Source: Candidatus Sigynarchaeum calidifontis (GTDB lineage: Archaea > Asgardarchaeota > Lokiarchaeia > Sigyniarchaeales > Sigyniarchaeaceae). Taken from it: 16,931 bases of DNA. How positions within the stretch are numbered: position 1 is the stretch's first letter; each line of letters opens with the position of its first letter. Where the stretch lies: the NCBI GenBank assembly GCA_030587475.2, contig JAUQYZ020000238.1, positions 1 to 16,931 on the forward strand, in the 5' to 3' direction. The notes below the pieces were generated by a model. The model made no database searches. It was not told the DNA's origin and saw only the letters and a program-made list of their open reading frames with translations. Position numbers and translations under genes: made by a program. Below, piece by piece: positions 14,640 through 16,931 of this stretch.

Positions 14640-15854
14640 CTAAAATTCCAAGAACTTGGTATTCGTAAGCTTCTTAGGTTTCTTATCGATCTCGATGACG
14701 AAATTATCCTCGAAATTGATCGCGCCCCAGCCAGGAATCATGATCTTCGGCTCCAGGGAGATAACCATGTTTTTTTCGATCGGCGTATCCACGTTCTTCA
14801 AGATAAATGGGGGTTCATCGAGTTCCAGGCCGATCCCGTGGCCGAATCCTTGATAATATTGCCCGTTCCCCTCGAAGTACTTTTCGATCTTGATGCCCGG
14901 TTCCGGGTCGCCGATGCGAGCGAGCTCGTTCTCGGCTATCTTGAACAGGTCGCTCGCCTTCAAGCCGGGTGCCATCGCATCGATCGCCCTATCAAAGGCC
15001 AGCTTCAAGTTCCGGTATCGATCCTTGTAATACTTCGGGTAGACGCCGTTTATGACATAAGACCGGGCATGGTCTGCGTGGTACCCGTCCACGAGCACCG
15101 CGTAGTCGCAAACGAGCATGTCACCCTCCTTCAAGACCTTGTCGGACGGCCCATAGGGGATGGCGTTAGAAAAACCAGCGCCGCTCATGATGGGAAAGGT
15201 GCTGGGTTTCCACAGTGCCTCGCCGCTTGTCACGATGAAAAAGTTATTGTAATTCGTGAACGCGTTGTTGTCATAGATGCAATAATGTTCAGATCGGTTT
15301 TTCTTTGCGACGTGAACCATTTCAGCAGCGATGTCGCGCTCGGTCGTGCCGGGAACGAAGTGGTTCATGGTCATCTCGTAGACCACTTCCTGTGTTTTTT
15401 CGGCAACCTTCGCCGCTGCGGTGATCTTTTCCAGCTCCCCCGCGTCCTTCACCATGCGGAGGCTCCTGATGCCTTCCGACACGTTCTCGATCTGCACGCC
15501 GCGGCCAAATCCTTTCACGAAGGATAGATAATAGGAAGCGGGTAACCCGTTCAATTCCATCCCCACCTTTCCATTTCCACCTTGTAACCCTTTGAGCACG
15601 GCTTCGATCGTGTCCCGCGTGCTGCCGAGCGGCCGGATCCACTCGCCGGGAAACCATGAATGCTCCCGGGCCAGATCGATGTTGCGTCGGACGAGCAAGA
15701 TCGGATCATTGCCCTTATTGATGACGAGATGTGACGCTTGAGCCGATCCCGACAGCCAATAAATGTTTCGCGTGTTGATCAAGATGATCGCATCGAGGCG
15801 AGCGCCTTCCATCCACGCTTGAACCTTCTGGAGCCGTCCCTTGAAGTCGAACAT
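14640..15854 (-). CDS. M24 family Xaa-Pro aminopeptidase/dipeptidase
   Basis: Creatinase-like N-terminus (RLQKVQAWM..NIYWLSG), LRMVKDAGEL, metal ligands CDYAV..GYHADHAR, GHGIGLELDEPP, LEPK, FED. Confidence 0.93.
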   Translation of the reverse strand: MFDFKGRLQKVQAWMEGARLDAIILINTRNIYWLSGSAQASHLVINKGNDPILLVRRNIDLAREHSWFPGEWIRPLGSTRDTIEAVLKGLQGGNGKVGMELNGLPASYYLSFVKGFGRGVQIENVSEGIRSLRMVKDAGELEKITAAAKVAEKTQEVVYEMTMNHFVPGTTERDIAAEMVHVAKKNRSEHYCIYDNNAFTNYNNFFIVTSGEALWKPSTFPIMSGAGFSNAIPYGPSDKVLKEGDMLVCDYAVLVDGYHADHARSYVINGVYPKYYKDRYRNLKLAFDRAIDAMAPGLKASDLFKIAENELARIGDPEPGIKIEKYFEGNGQYYQGFGHGIGLELDEPPFILKNVDTPIEKNMVISLEPKIMIPGWGAINFEDNFVIEIDKKPKKLTNTKFLEF

Positions 15855-15951
15855 GAGATCTTAAACGAAGGGACATTTAACAGATTTAGCGGGGGCAATG
15901 AATCATAGTTCGAGCCACGTTTTTTCTCGGACCCACCATTCATTCGAGCAT

Positions 15952-16788
15952 ATGAACCCGTTGGCACGGATAATGGCGGAAGCACGGGGAAAACGGCAGC
16001 CCCTAGACTTGCATTTGCATACTCGGTACAGCATCGACGTTTCTAAGGGATCCTCGTTCGAGGATTACTTGGCCGCCGGCGATCGGCTGGGAATCGTGCC
16101 CGGATTTCTGGATCACTTCCAGTCCGAGAAGCTGGGAACGCACAAGTACATGTTCAACGAGGAGATGCTTCCGGCATACCTCGAAGCCTATGACAAGGCG
16201 AAGCAATCGGGTCTCAAGTCATATCTTGGCCTGGAAGTTGATTATTACGACCCGGCGCTGCACGATGATTGGAACCGGGCAACATTCGAGTGGCTCGACA
16301 TGCACAGAAAGGATTTCGATTACTTCGTCGGAACCGTCCACGACGTGCTCACGGGTACCATCACGATACCCTTCGAGCTCGAAGCCCTCTTGAAAAAACA
16401 CGACTTTCGCACGGTCGAGGAAGCCTATTTCCGCGTGCTTGACGCGGGGATCCGAAGCGCATCATTCGACGGGTTCGCGCACTTGGATGTCATTTACCGG
16501 TTCTGCGGAAAGGCTGGAATCATGAAAGCCGATGACAAGTACTATACAGAACCTCGCACGCTGGCTGCGATGGGATTATGCGTACAAAAAGGTACCGTGA
16601 TCGAGCTAAACTTGAGGGGATTCGATCATCCCTGGAATTCCACCTACCCGTCCGAGACATTGTTTATGCAATTCAAACGTGATCACCCGGGGGACGTGTT
16701 TTTTCCCGGATCGGACGCCCACGATGTCAAGACATTCGAGCGCTTCGCCCCGATCACGAGAAAGTATTGTAACCTTCTTTATGGCTGA
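15952..16788 (+). CDS. PHP-domain phosphoesterase (histidinol-phosphate phosphatase HisJ/HisK-like)
   Basis: DLHLHT, LDHF, GLEVDY, GTVHD, AHLD, ELN, GSDAH motifs. Start placed at ATG 15952; the ORF is open to 15898. Confidence 0.88.
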   Translation: MNPLARIMAEARGKRQPLDLHLHTRYSIDVSKGSSFEDYLAAGDRLGIVPGFLDHFQSEKLGTHKYMFNEEMLPAYLEAYDKAKQSGLKSYLGLEVDYYDPALHDDWNRATFEWLDMHRKDFDYFVGTVHDVLTGTITIPFELEALLKKHDFRTVEEAYFRVLDAGIRSASFDGFAHLDVIYRFCGKAGIMKADDKYYTEPRTLAAMGLCVQKGTVIELNLRGFDHPWNSTYPSETLFMQFKRDHPGDVFFPGSDAHDVKTFERFAPITRKYCNLLYG

Positions 16789-16795
16789 ACCGCTT

Positions 16796-16930
16796 TTATT
16801 TTCTCCCGAATGCGTAGAAAACGGGCAAGAACGAGAAGATCGAGCCGCTCTCGATCAATTCATTGTCTTGTTCTTGCAATTTATTGACGTATTCCTTCGA
16901 TTCCTGCCCGCCAGCAAGAAGATCCTGATA
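16796..16930 (-). CDS. 3' end of a gene running in from beyond the window, possibly a class I SAM-dependent methyltransferase
   Basis: Manual translation YQDLLAGGQESKEYVNKLQEQDNELIESGSIFSFLPVFYAFGRK*; the terminal beta-strand 'FYAFGRK' resembles methyltransferase C-termini. Confidence 0.5.
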   Translation of the reverse strand, partial: YQDLLAGGQESKEYVNKLQEQDNELIESGSIFSFLPVFYAFGRK

Positions 16931-16931
16931 A

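Noticed and set aside
14815-14845. GHGIGLELDE instead of GHGxGLxxHE in the M24 peptidase as a sign of inactivation
   Set aside because: The metal ligands D, D, H, E, E all appear present, and to my knowledge LELDE is a common variant
14619-15527. 302-aa plus-strand ORF
   Set aside because: Antisense shadow of the M24 peptidase

Overview
Probably an archaeal chromosomal segment; the protein styles and AT-rich TATA-like boxes suggest an Asgard/Lokiarchaeia-like organism, which is an inference. The left ~4.5 kb is an accessory, rearranged zone. It holds two paralogous, oppositely oriented PIN(DUF3368)+UPF0175 toxin-antitoxin-like pairs, both with the PIN gene first. It also holds a GNAT acetyltransferase fused to a site-2-protease (M50)-like membrane domain whose HExxH motif reads AELGH, a wrecked third PIN gene, an orphan EQEKQRA coiled-coil tail, and several short tandem repeats. 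A 68-bp direct repeat (173-240 / 3020-3087) brackets the first TA pair and the GNAT-M50 gene. Next is a large secreted beta-helix(NosD-like)+5xPKD surface protein split by a frameshift, probably at an A7 tract. The right ~9 kb looks like ordinary metabolic backbone: a SpoIIAA/STAS-like protein, two tandem membrane-anchored left-handed-beta-helix acyltransferases, M20 peptidase, HAD phosphatase, D-2-hydroxyacid dehydrogenase, an atypical PfkB kinase, M24 peptidase, PHP phosphatase and the 3' end of a probable methyltransferase. I recognised no rRNA, tRNA, CRISPR array, transposase or integrase. All calls come from motif reading by eye; no database searches were run.
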